From Negaprion brevirostris (lineage: Eukaryota), in contig JARDVH010000031.1 in assembly GCA_030324005.1 (NCBI GenBank), forward strand, positions 50,022,423 through 50,086,422: 64,000 bases of DNA, in the 5' to 3' direction. Shown piece after piece: positions 63,845 to 64,000 of the stretch. Both the position numbers and the translations under genes were made by a program. The notes below the pieces were generated by a model, which searched no databases, was not told the DNA's origin, and saw nothing but the letters and a program-made list of their open reading frames with translations. Each line of letters begins with the position of its first letter. The first letter of the stretch is position 1.

Positions 63845-64000
63845 CGTAAGCAATAGGAGCAGGAGTAGACCATATATCCTCTCAAGCCTGCTTCACCATT
63901 CAGTATGATTATGGCTGAACTTCTGCCTCAGTTCTACTTTCACACACACTCCCCATTTTGCTTGATTCCCTGGGAGACCAAAAATATGTCTTAGGTCAGC
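63845..64000 (-). mobile_element. CR1 LINE 3' end (runs off the window)
   Basis: ataggagcaggagtagacc..ctcaagcctgcttcaccattcagtatgattatggctga. Confidence 0.8.

Overview
Eukaryotic, repeat-rich, non-genic-looking DNA with many N-gaps. The repeat families (V-SINE/HE1-type and Deu-domain SINEs, CR1/HER1-type LINEs, Rex1 tails, Penelope-like termini) point to a cartilaginous fish, most likely a shark; this is an inference from family recognition, not a database search. I found no intact host protein-coding gene: almost all ORF-track entries are chance ORFs, gap-spanning artefacts or decayed transposon frames. Recognisable content: (1) several decayed PIF/Harbinger DNA transposons, with two HARBI1-like transposase pseudogenes, five Myb/SANT-like gene remnants and many short TIR-bounded MITEs; (2) a decayed Gypsy LTR retrotransposon with both LTRs and a PBS; (3) an 833-bp solo LTR with a 4-bp TSD splitting a Harbinger Myb reading frame; (4) Penelope-like terminal repeats carrying minimal hammerhead-ribozyme motifs; (5) a 16-copy 34-35-bp minisatellite with a repeat/variable architecture; (6) long TE-poor stretches with candidate regulatory motifs and a few orphan exon-like segments. 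Most repeat boundaries are approximate. I cannot support a claim of a genuinely new biological system; the best leads are ranked in findings.
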